Source: Myxococcales bacterium | GTDB taxonomy: Bacteria > Myxococcota > Myxococcia > Myxococcales > Anaeromyxobacteraceae | NCBI GenBank assembly: GCA_038320275.1 | Contig: JBBQEB010000040.1 | Coordinates: 1-25,940, forward strand | Direction of reading: 5' to 3' | DNA length: 25,940 nucleotides | Part shown: positions 1 to 7,969 of the stretch, piece after piece | How positions within the stretch are numbered: position 1 is the first letter of the stretch | Layout of the letters: the number at the start of each line of letters is the position of its first letter | Translations under genes and position numbers: made by a program | Notes under the pieces: model-generated | Told to the model about the DNA's origin: nothing | What the model saw: the letters and a program-made list of their open reading frames with translations, nothing else | Databases searched by the model: none

Positions 1-1452
1 GCGGAGGGCCTCCATGCGCTGCGCCAGGGCGATCGGCTGCCCCAGCTCGGCTGCCACCTCGACGACTACGCGCGCGAGGTGCTCGACCTGGGCAGGCGCG
101 CGGCGGAGGAGCTGGCGAGATTGGGCCGCGAGCTGGGCAGCCGGCCGCTGCTCCGCGAGGCGCTCCGGTCGGGCCGGGTGCGGCTGCGCGCGGCGCAGAC
201 GGTGCTCGGGGTCGCGAAGGGCGACGACGAGCGGGTCTGGGTGGAGCGGGCGGCGCGGCTCACGGTGCGCGAACTGGAGGAGCGGGTGCGCCGGGCGGGC
301 TCGCTGCCCGACGACGACGACGAAGCCTGGCTCACCCTGCGCACCACGCTCGACGACGAGGAGCGCGAGTAGGTCGATGAGGCGCTCGAGCTCGCCGGCA
401 GGCTCTTGCCCGGCTCGAGCCGCCTGGAGCAAGTCGAGGCCATCGCCCAGGAACTCGCGGGCGTCCTGCCAGCACATCCCGACGTCCCCGACGCGGATCA
501 CCTGCGCGCGATGTGCGGTGCGCTCCGCCCCATCGCCGGCAGGGCGCAGGAGCGGGCGGCTGAGCTCGAGGGAGAGACGGAGCGGTGGGTGCTCCTGTCC
601 ACGCTCCCGGACGTGCCGGTGCCCCGGGTGCCGCTGGAAGCGGGGGCCACCGCCCAGGAGCTCGACGCTGCCCTCCGGGAGCTGGCCCGCCTTCGCTCAC
701 AGTGGGACGACCTCGTCGGCTCCTGCGGGCTCGCGGTGAAGAAGAGCCGGATGTACCAGCTCCTCGGCTTCGCCAGCTTCCGCCAGTACTGCGAGGAGCG
801 GCTGGGGCTCTCCGCTCGCTCCGTCGAGCAGCGCGCCGCGGTGGAGGAGCGGCGCTGGCGCTCCCCCGCGCTCACGGAGGCGAAGCGGCAGGGATTGCCC
901 TTCGAGAAGCTGCGGCTCCTGGCGCGCCTCCCGGAAGAGGAGCTCGGGTCCTGGACGCCCCGGGCCCACGCGCTCACCTGCGTCGCGCTGCGCCGGGCGC
1001 TCGAGGGCGAGGCCGAGCGGCAGCTGCGTGCGCGGCGGGTGATCCGGGTGCCCCTGCCGCTCCGCATCGCGGCCCTGCTCGCCGCGGTCGTCCAGGCCCT
1101 GCGGGAGCGCCTCGGGACCCCGCTCGCGGCTGGAACCTGCCTGGCGCTGCTCGCCCAGCACTTCGTGGAGACCTGGCAGGGCGACGTGAAGCCGGCCCGC
1201 ACCCGTTCCAGGAAGGTGCGCGACCGCGACCGCGGCGAATGCCAGGTGCCCGGTTGCAGCCACCGGGCGGCGCACGCCCACCACGTCCTCTTCCGCTCCC
1301 AGGGCGGCGACGACGACCCGGAGAACCTCGCCGCGCTCTGCGCCTTCCACCACCTCCGCTGCGTCCACGCCGGCTTCCTCGGCGTCGTTGGCCGCGCGCC
1401 CGCCCTGCGCTGGTCTCTCCGCGGCGAGCCGTGGGACGGGCCGCGGCCGTGA
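1..1452 (+). pseudogene. HNH endonuclease with two DUF222-like internal repeats; 5' end lies outside the window; interrupted by an in-frame TAG at 370-372
   Basis: Frame +1 is open from base 1 (AEGLHALRQGDRLPQLG...). ORFs 79..372 and 406..1452 share this frame and are separated only by TAG (GAG CGC GAG TAG GTC GAT GAG). The C-terminus carries a Zn-binding HNH motif: RDRGECQVPGC...HAHHVLFRSQGGDDDPENLAALCAFHH. Confidence 0.75.
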
Positions 1453-1556
1453 TGGCGCTCCAGGGTCACCTGAACCATGCGCGCCGCAATTCGTTGAAAA
1501 ACGAAGACTCCGTATCGTCGATGATGCCATCGATTCCGGTGGCTTGGGCCTTCAGA

Positions 1557-1596
1557 TGGTCGGGGCGACTGAATTCGAACCAGCGACCGCTCGCAC
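1557..1596 (-). repeat. att-like direct repeat: degenerate 3' half of tRNA-Pro ending in CCA
   Basis: 1560-1596 tcggggcgactgaattcgaaccagcgaccgctcgcac matches 3043-3079 tcggggcgactggattcgaaccagcgaccacttgcac at 34/37. tgg at 1557-1559 reads CCA on the minus strand. Confidence 0.9.
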
Positions 1597-2010
1597 TCAA
1601 CGATGCCCCCGGCGGACGCACCCGCTTCCACGAGCCGCACGGAGTCGCAAGGGCTCCGAATCACGGAGGCGCAGGACGTCCCCTCTCCCCCCAGGACGCA
1701 CTCGCCGCACCGCCTCTCATGGAAAATGGGGCCGCGTAAGGGGTGCGGAACATTGCCGGATAGTGAAGCCGCCGACTTCACGCTCCGGGAGCTCGCCCGG
1801 CGCATCGGAGGTAGCCGGTGCCGGAAAGTTCGAGCTGGCGCGAGCGCTCGCGGAGGAGGCGAACCGCCTTCGATCGAGCGCGCTGCCGCAGCCCGACGGT
1901 GGATCGCTCGATACCTCTGATGAGGGAGCCCCCGGGGCTGTGCCCCGCCAGCAGCCGTCACGAGCCGCAGGGTGTCCTTGCCAGGTGCGCGTTGTTGTCG
2001 GGCGCTTCCT

Positions 2011-2331
2011 TCAGTGCCCTCGCCGGCGGGAAGAGCTCGGCCGCTTCCGCTTGGAGCGAGGTGTCGCGATGACCCCGAGCCGCTTCCGGAACCGCGACGG
2101 GAGGCGCAGGACCATCCTCCGCGTGCCCCAGTTCGCGAGGTAGAGGTGCGCGTCGAAGTAGCGCTCGACGAGCTTCGCCGGCTGGGCCTTAGGGTTCCCG
2201 TAGCTGTACGAGTTCGAGAACCGGGTCGAGGTGATCGTCGCCCGCGACGAGAGGGCGCGCAACTCCCGCTGCTCCCGCTCCGAGAGCGGCCGGTCGACGG
2301 CCACGAAGTCGTAGTACTGAAACTCGCTCAC
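2011..2331 (-). pseudogene. Probably truncated conserved hypothetical protein (MSEFQYYDFVAVDRPL... family)
   Basis: The GTG start overlaps the upstream TGA (GTGA at 2328-2331). The N-terminus SEFQYYDFVAVDRPLS...RYFDAHLYLANWGTRRMVLRLP resembles a hypothetical family I recall as several hundred aa long. Here the sequence turns into low-complexity Arg/Ser after about 80 aa. Confidence 0.6.
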
Positions 2332-2702
2332 GAGAGGTAGCACCCCACCGCGCAGTCGAGGGACTGCTCCGGGGTGGCGGCGAAGGAGCCGGACGCGCCG
2401 AGGCAGGGCGCGTAGTCGTCGTCGCTGTACTTGTAGAGCGCGAACGCCCAGCGGTCGTCGTCGCCGCTGAACGCGAGGCGAAGGAGCGGAGATACGTGGT
2501 CATCGCCGGAGCGGCAGGCGCCCACGTAGGCGAAGCGCCCGCGGAAGCGGACCACCACGTCCGCCCGCGTGTCGCGCCATTTCGAGCGCATTCTTCGCTC
2601 GAGCCGCGCGCAAAGGTCCGCTCGTGCCCGAGGGGGAATCACGTCCCGCGAAGACGGTGTCGTAACCGGCCGCCTCGCTCGCGTGGCCTTCCTGGACGCC
2701 AT
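2328..2702 (-). CDS. Conserved hypothetical protein (124 aa; VRFRGRFAYV...LRL...WAFALY...TPEQSLDCAVGCYL)
   Basis: ATG at 2702 preceded by a purine-rich RBS (GAGGAAAGGAAAGC). Globular-looking sequence, translationally coupled to the next gene. Confidence 0.7.
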   Translation of the reverse strand: MASRKATRARRPVTTPSSRDVIPPRARADLCARLERRMRSKWRDTRADVVVRFRGRFAYVGACRSGDDHVSPLLRLAFSGDDDRWAFALYKYSDDDYAPCLGASGSFAATPEQSLDCAVGCYLS

Positions 2703-2997
2703 GCTTTCCTTTCCTCGGTGATGCCCCGGCAGCGGGTCCGTCGAATCTAGCGGCGATCCTGACGCGGGTCGCGACCCGCGCGCCGCGGGGTTCCCCGGCG
2801 CGCGCGGACCGGGCCGTGCTGCTTGCGCCAAGTACAGCTAGCTCGCGAGCCGGCCGGCCGCCGTCGAGGAGGGGCAACGCTCATCGAGCTGGGCGTGGTT
2901 CAGCGGCGCGATACCGGCGAACGGGGCGCGGTAGAGGAGTCCTGCGCTGAATGGCACCCACAGGGCACCCCGGAGACCTCCGGACGAAGGTACGACC

Positions 2998-3036
2998 AGG
3001 CCCCGGAGCGAGGAATCCTCAGCGACTCCGGGGCCT
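2998..3036 (-). terminator. Hairpin just downstream of tRNA-Pro
   Basis: Perfect 11-bp inverted repeat AGGCCCCGGAG (2998-3008) / CTCCGGGGCCT (3026-3036). No strong U-tract, so terminator function is uncertain. Confidence 0.45.
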
Positions 3037-3042
3037 TGTGAG

Positions 3043-3116
<74 letters not shown>

Positions 3117-3138
3117 GAACTGCGACAAAGGGAGGCGA

Positions 3139-3168
3139 TAGGTAACACCCGGGCCGGGAGGGGGTCAA
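3139..3168 (-). promoter_or_regulatory. Possible sigma70-type promoter for tRNA-Pro
   Basis: Minus strand TTGACC (3168-3163), 17-18 nt spacer, then TTACCT/TACCTA, about 25 nt before the tRNA. The -10 match is imperfect. Confidence 0.4.
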
Positions 3169-3283
3169 CGTTCAAGAAGCCGACTCACGGCTCTCCGGCC
3201 TGAGCGCACGCGGGCTCCCCGGCGTGGGAGGCGGCCCCGGACGCGAGTCGCTCGCGCGCGCTCTCCCCCTCGACCCGAGAAGC

Positions 3284-3838
3284 TCACCGCACCAGCGGCG
3301 AGACGCGCTTGAACTCGGGCGTGCCGCAGAGCTGCAAGAGGTCGAAGATGCACGTCTCGGCGGAGGTGACGACGGCGCCCATGGCGCGCATGCCATCCAG
3401 CGCCACGCGGCGGTGCTCCTCGAAGCGGCTGGTGACTGCATCGGCGCAGACGAACACCTCGTAGCCCTGCTCGAGGAGGTCGCGGGTGGTCTGATCGACG
3501 CACACGTGCGCCTCGATCCCGACTATCACCACCTGCTTGCGGCCGGTAGCGGCGAGCGCCTTCCGGATCTCGGGGTCGGCGCCGCAGGAGAACGCCATCT
3601 TCACGAGCGGCGCTTCGGGCAACAGCTCGCGGATGGAGAGCACCGTCGAGCCGAGGCCCTTGGGATACTGCTCGGTCGCGAGCACCGGCAGCCCCAGCTC
3701 GCGGGCCGCACCGATGGCCGCCTTGCAATACTTCTCGGTGGTGGCCCAGTTCGACATCACCGGGATGAGCTTCTCCTGGACGTCGACCACCATCAGGCAG
3801 GCGGTGGTCCTGTCGAGCCTCGGAATCCGTGTGGACAT
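3284..3838 (-). CDS. Isochorismatase/cysteine hydrolase family protein
   Basis: VVDVQEKL (Asp), TEQYPKGLGST, VKMAFS (Lys), GIEAHVCV (Cys) triad pattern. RBS GAGGAGGAG upstream. Confidence 0.9.
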   Translation of the reverse strand: MSTRIPRLDRTTACLMVVDVQEKLIPVMSNWATTEKYCKAAIGAARELGLPVLATEQYPKGLGSTVLSIRELLPEAPLVKMAFSCGADPEIRKALAATGRKQVVIVGIEAHVCVDQTTRDLLEQGYEVFVCADAVTSRFEEHRRVALDGMRAMGAVVTSAETCIFDLLQLCGTPEFKRVSPLVR

Positions 3839-3859
3839 GATGCGCTCCTCCTCTGCGGA

Positions 3860-5512
3860 TCAGACGGCGTAACCGGCGGCGCCCGAGGCTGCCGCCGCCT
3901 CGGGATCGATGGCGACGTCCACGCAGGCCACCTTGCCCGAGGCGAAGGCGCGCTCCAGGGCGGGGACGAGATCGGCCGGGTCGTCCACGTGCTCCCCGTG
4001 GCCACCCATGGCCTCCACGATGCGGTCGTAGCGCGTGTGCGCGAGGCGAGTCGCGGGCGAGCGGTCCTCGCCATAGAGGCTGCGCTGCGGGATGAGGATC
4101 TGCCCCCAGGCCGCATCGTTGCCCACCACGACGACCATGGGGAGCTCGAACCGCACGGCGGTCTCGAAGTCCATGCCATTGAGCCCGAAGGCTCCGTCGC
4201 CCTGCACCACGCATACCGGCCGCTCCGGCGCGAGGAGCTTGGCGGCGATGGCGAAGGGCGCCCCGACGCCGAGGCAGCCGAGCGGCCCGGGGTCGAGCCA
4301 GCGCCCGGGCTTTCGCACCCGCAGCACCTTGGCCGCGACCGCCACCACGTTGCCGCCGTCGCCGACGTAGGTCACGTCCTCGCGCCCGGCAACGGTGTCG
4401 ATGGCCTTCGCCAGCCTGAAGTGGTGGATGGGGCGGGCGTCGCTCTCCTCGAAGACCCGCTGCCTGGCGGCGCGCTTCTCCTCCGCCTCGCGCAGCGTGC
4501 GCCGCCAGGGGGGAGCGCCCCAAGCCTTCGACCCGGCGCCCGCGGCGAGCCCGTCGAGCACGCTCCGGGCGTCGCCCACGATGCCGACCTCCACCGGGCG
4601 ATTGCGTCCGATCTCCGCGGCGTCGACGTCCACCTGCACCACCCGCGCCCCCTCGGCGAAGGTGGGGACGGTGCCGTAGCCCATCCGGAAGTCGAGCGGC
4701 GTGCCCACCACCAGCACGACATCCGCCTGCGCCAGCGCCTCCTTGCGAGAACCCTGGAAGAACGACGGATGGTCGGGCGGAAGGCAGCCGCGGCCCATGC
4801 CGTTCAGGTAGACGGGGATGCCGGTGCGCTCGGCCAAGGCGGCCAGACTCTCCGGGGCGCCGTCCCACCAGATCGACGAGCCTCCCACCAGCACCGGCCG
4901 CTCGGCCCGCGAGAGGAGGGCGAGCGCCGCCTCGAGCTGAACCGGATCGCCCGGCGCGCGGGCCTCGGTGCGGTAGTGCGTGGTCTCGTCTGCAAGCGCC
5001 TCGTCGGCGCCGTTCGAGAGCACGTCCCAGGGGATCTCCAGGAACACCGGGCCATGGCGCCCGCTGCGGGCCACGCGGAACGCCTTTGCCATGAAGCTCG
5101 GCACCAGCTCGGGCGACGGGATGCGATCGCTCCACTTGGTGATGCCCGTGAAGAGCTGCGTCTGGGGCATCTCCTGCAGCGAGCCCCGCCCCTGGTTGAA
5201 GGTGGGCGCGGCGCCGCCCAGGACGAGGAGCGGCACGTTGGCGGCCCACGCGTTCGCGACCGCGGTGACCGTGCCGGTGACGCCCGGCCCGGCCGTCACG
5301 ATGCAGACGCCGAGGCGGCGGGTGAGCCGCGCCCATGCGTCGGCGGCGTGACCTGCCGCCTGCTCGTGGCGGGTGTCGACGAGGCGGATGCCCTCGTCCA
5401 TGCACCCGACGTAGATGGGCGCGATGTGAAGGCCGGACAGCGTGAATGCGGTGGTCACGCCCTCGCGCCGCAACATCCGCGCGACGAGCTGACCTCCGGT
5501 GAGCGTTCCCAT
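3860..5512 (-). CDS. ThDP-dependent enzyme, acetolactate synthase-like / 2-hydroxyacyl-CoA lyase-oxalyl-CoA decarboxylase-like
   Basis: RHEQAAGHAAD (catalytic Glu), TAGPG, GCLGVG, and ThDP motif GDGAFG...VVVVGND. ATG at 5512 with GGAGG RBS. Exact substrate not determinable. Confidence 0.88.
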   Translation of the reverse strand: MGTLTGGQLVARMLRREGVTTAFTLSGLHIAPIYVGCMDEGIRLVDTRHEQAAGHAADAWARLTRRLGVCIVTAGPGVTGTVTAVANAWAANVPLLVLGGAAPTFNQGRGSLQEMPQTQLFTGITKWSDRIPSPELVPSFMAKAFRVARSGRHGPVFLEIPWDVLSNGADEALADETTHYRTEARAPGDPVQLEAALALLSRAERPVLVGGSSIWWDGAPESLAALAERTGIPVYLNGMGRGCLPPDHPSFFQGSRKEALAQADVVLVVGTPLDFRMGYGTVPTFAEGARVVQVDVDAAEIGRNRPVEVGIVGDARSVLDGLAAGAGSKAWGAPPWRRTLREAEEKRAARQRVFEESDARPIHHFRLAKAIDTVAGREDVTYVGDGGNVVAVAAKVLRVRKPGRWLDPGPLGCLGVGAPFAIAAKLLAPERPVCVVQGDGAFGLNGMDFETAVRFELPMVVVVGNDAAWGQILIPQRSLYGEDRSPATRLAHTRYDRIVEAMGGHGEHVDDPADLVPALERAFASGKVACVDVAIDPEAAAASGAAGYAV

Positions 5513-5545
5513 CGTGCCTCCCGAGGTTCGCGAGTCGGAACGCGA

Positions 5546-5580
5546 AATGCCCCGGGCGCGGCCTGCGCGCACGGGGCATT
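5546..5580 (-). terminator. Hairpin downstream of the ferredoxin gene
   Basis: AATGCCCCG (5546-5554) / CGGGGCATT (5572-5580) with inner GCGCG/CGCGC pairing and a short T-run on the minus strand. Confidence 0.5.
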
Positions 5581-5634
5581 CGGGTGCGGCGTTCCGCGAG
5601 CCTCAACGCTCGCCCGGAACCCTGCTGATGCGCC

Positions 5635-5943
5635 TTACGCGGTCTTGCGGAACCGCGACAGGTCGGCCGTGAGCTCCTCGAGAGGGGGGAAGGTCTTGTC
5701 CGGATGGATGGTCCCCAGCCGTGCGTACAGCTGCTCCTCGGTCTCCGGATTCGCCGGGTCCGGGATGCAGCAGTCCACCGGGCACACGGCCTGGCATGCC
5801 TCCTGACTGTGGAACCCGACGCACTCGGTGCAGAGCGTGGCGTTGATGACGTAGATGTCTTCGCCCTGCGTGATCGCGCTGTTGGGGCACTCGGGCTCGC
5901 AGGCGCCGCAGTTGATGCATTCCTCGGTGATCACGGTGGACAT
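5635..5943 (-). CDS. 2x[4Fe-4S] ferredoxin, YfhL family
   Basis: CINCGACEPECP and CTECVGFHSQEACQAVCP cluster motifs with the YfhL-type insertion. Confidence 0.92.
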   Translation of the reverse strand: MSTVITEECINCGACEPECPNSAITQGEDIYVINATLCTECVGFHSQEACQAVCPVDCCIPDPANPETEEQLYARLGTIHPDKTFPPLEELTADLSRFRKTA

Positions 5944-6079
5944 CGGTCGTCTCCGACTGCGCGGTGGGGGTGAGCGTCTGGCTTATCCATCGTAGGGCCG
6001 CGCCAGTCAAGGTGCCCGAACGCCGCGCTTGCCCTGCCCGACGCGCCGCGCTAGGCGTCCCACTCTCCAGAGGACGGGC

Positions 6080-6679
6080 ATGGCGAAACCGTACGATCCC
6101 AAGGATTTCTTCTACCGGAGGGCGAAGGCCGAGGGCCTGCGCGCCCGCTCGGCGTTCAAGATCGACGAGATGGCCCAGCGCTTCCGGCTGCTCGACCTGG
6201 GGCAGGCCGTGCTCGATCTGGGGGCGGCCCCGGGTGGCTTCCTGCAGGTGCTCGCCGAACTGGTGGGCGAGCGGGGGGTGGCGGTGGGCGTCGATCTGGT
6301 CTCCATCCGGAACCTGAACAAGCCCTGGGTGAAGACGGGGGTGGTGGACCTCCTCGCCCCGGACGCCCTGGAGAAGATCCGCGCCCTCCACGCGGCGCCG
6401 TTCGACCTCGTCACGAGCGACATGGCGCCGAAGACCATCGGGGTGAAGGTCACCGACGAGGCGCGTTCGCTGGAGCTCTGCCGCATGGCGCTCGGCATTG
6501 CGCGCCAGACGCTGAAGCGGGGCGGAGGATTCGCCACCAAGGTGTTCATGGGAGGCGACTTCCCGATCTTCCGCAAGGAGGTCGCGGGGCTCTTCGACAA
6601 GGCGCACGTGGTCCGGCCGCAGGCGACCCGCGAGCGCAGCTACGAGATCTACGTCGTGGGGGAGGGCTTCCGCGGTTAA
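6080..6679 (+). CDS. rlmE: 23S rRNA Um2552 2'-O-methyltransferase RlmE (FtsJ/RrmJ)
   Basis: [18 protein letters not shown]-binding motif, SDMAP, TKVF, SYEIY (K-D-K-E tetrad). ATG at 6080 after GAGGA. Confidence 0.95.
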   Translation: MAKPYDPKDFFYRRAKAEGLRARSAFKIDEMAQRFRLLDLGQAVLDLGAAPGGFLQVLAELVGERGVAVGVDLVSIRNLNKPWVKTGVVDLLAPDALEKIRALHAAPFDLVTSDMAPKTIGVKVTDEARSLELCRMALGIARQTLKRGGGFATKVFMGGDFPIFRKEVAGLFDKAHVVRPQATRERSYEIYVVGEGFRG

Positions 6680-6692
6680 GCTCTTCGCCCCC

Positions 6693-7958
6693 ATGGCATC
6701 GCTCATCGAGGAGCTTCGAGCGCGCGGTTTCCTGCAGGATGCGACCCCCGGGCTGGAGGAGAGGCTCCTCGCGCGGCCCATCACCGGCTACGTGGGCTTC
6801 GACCCCACCGCCGACTCGCTCCACGTGGGCAACCTCGTCCCGGTGATGGGGCTCGCCTGGCTCCAGCGGTGCGGCGGCACGCCCATCGTGGTGGTGGGCG
6901 GCGGCACCGGCATGGTGGGGGACCCGAGCGGCAAGCGGAGCGAGCGACCCATGCTCGACGTGGAGCGCATCGACCACAACGTCGCCTGCCAGCGCCGCCA
7001 GCTCGAGCGCTTCCTCGCCTTCGACGGGCCCAGTGCGGCGCGCGTGCGGAACAACGCCGACTGGCTCCGCCCGCTCGGCCTGATGGAGTTCCTGCGCGAC
7101 GCGGGCAAGCACTTCACCGTCAACTACATGCTCGCCAAGGACTCGGTGAAGAACCGCATGGAGACGGGCATCTCCTTCACCGAGTTCGCCTACATGCTGG
7201 TCCAGGCGTACGACTTCTGGCACCTCTGGAAGACGGAGGGCTGCGAGCTGCAGATGGGCGGCAGCGACCAGTGGGGCAACATCACCGCAGGCGTCGAGCT
7301 CATCGGGCGCAAGGAGGGCGGCGCGGCCCACGGGCTCGTCCTGCCACTCCTCACCACCGCCACCGGCGCCAAGTTCGGGAAGAGCGAGGAGGGCGCCGTC
7401 TACCTCGACCCCGCCCGGACCTCCCCGTACAAGCTGTACCAGTTCTGGCTCCAGTCCGACGATCGCGACGTCGAGCGCTGGCTCCGGTACTTCACCTTCC
7501 TGCCGCTCGAGGAGATCGCCGCGCTCATGTCCGCGCAGGCGACCGATCCGGGCCGGCGGCCCGCGCAGCGCAAGCTCGCCGAGGATCTCACGGCGCGGAT
7601 CCACGGCCCTGAGGTGGCGCGCAGCGTGATGGAGGCGAGCCGCCTGCTCTTCGGCGGGGTGGACCTGCGCGCGGCCGAGCCGGCGGTGCTGGAGGTGCTG
7701 TCGCGGGAGATCCCGGCGGTGAGGCTCCCGCGCGCAGAGCTCCTCGGCATGGGCGTCCTCGACGCGCTGGTGCGGTCGGGGCTCGCGTCCTCCAGGGGCG
7801 ACGCACGGCGGGGCGTCGCGGGAAAGGGCTTCTCGGTGAGCGGCGCGGCGGTGGCGTCCCCCGAGGCGAAGCTCGCCGAGGGCGACCTCCTGGGCGGGCG
7901 CTTCGTGCTCTTGCAGAAGGGGAAGCGGAGCTACGCGATGCTGGTGGCGGAGGCGTAG
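6693..7958 (+). CDS. tyrS: Tyrosine--tRNA ligase
   Basis: [15 protein letters not shown] (HIGH), [21 protein letters not shown] (KMSKS), C-terminal S4-like domain. Confidence 0.97.
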   Translation: MASLIEELRARGFLQDATPGLEERLLARPITGYVGFDPTADSLHVGNLVPVMGLAWLQRCGGTPIVVVGGGTGMVGDPSGKRSERPMLDVERIDHNVACQRRQLERFLAFDGPSAARVRNNADWLRPLGLMEFLRDAGKHFTVNYMLAKDSVKNRMETGISFTEFAYMLVQAYDFWHLWKTEGCELQMGGSDQWGNITAGVELIGRKEGGAAHGLVLPLLTTATGAKFGKSEEGAVYLDPARTSPYKLYQFWLQSDDRDVERWLRYFTFLPLEEIAALMSAQATDPGRRPAQRKLAEDLTARIHGPEVARSVMEASRLLFGGVDLRAAEPAVLEVLSREIPAVRLPRAELLGMGVLDALVRSGLASSRGDARRGVAGKGFSVSGAAVASPEAKLAEGDLLGGRFVLLQKGKRSYAMLVAEA

Positions 7959-7969
7959 AGGCGCCCGCC

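Larger units (their letters stand above)
1597..3042. mobile_element. Small degenerate genomic island remnant integrated at the tRNA-Pro 3' end (no intact integrase)
   Basis: Bounded by the intact tRNA gene and a direct repeat of its 3' half. Contains one small hypothetical gene, a truncated gene and non-coding palindromic DNA. Confidence 0.7.

Noticed and set aside
370..372. Pyrrolysine recoding of the HNH amber codon
   Set aside because: No pyl genes in the window and no precedent in this protein type. A nonsense mutation or sequencing error is simpler.
1557..1640. Second functional tRNA gene
   Set aside because: Only the 3' half is present. The D-arm and 5' acceptor strand are missing and a T-stem base is changed.
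1629..1976. 16/18 direct repeat CACGAGCCGCAcGGaGTC (1629-1646) / CACGAGCCGCAgGGtGTC (1959-1976)
   Set aside because: Only two copies, 330 bp apart, in very GC-rich DNA. Plausibly chance, and not a CRISPR or evident target-site duplication.
2952..2967. sigma54 promoter at TGGCAC
   Set aside because: The -12 TTGC element is absent (GGGC) and no gene lies downstream in that orientation.
2823..3041. Integrase C-terminal remnant in the 72-aa plus-strand ORF next to the tRNA
   Set aside because: The position fits but no HxxR, LGH or catalytic Tyr motif is recognisable.
6680..6692. T-box leader for tyrS
   Set aside because: Only 13 bp separate rlmE and tyrS.
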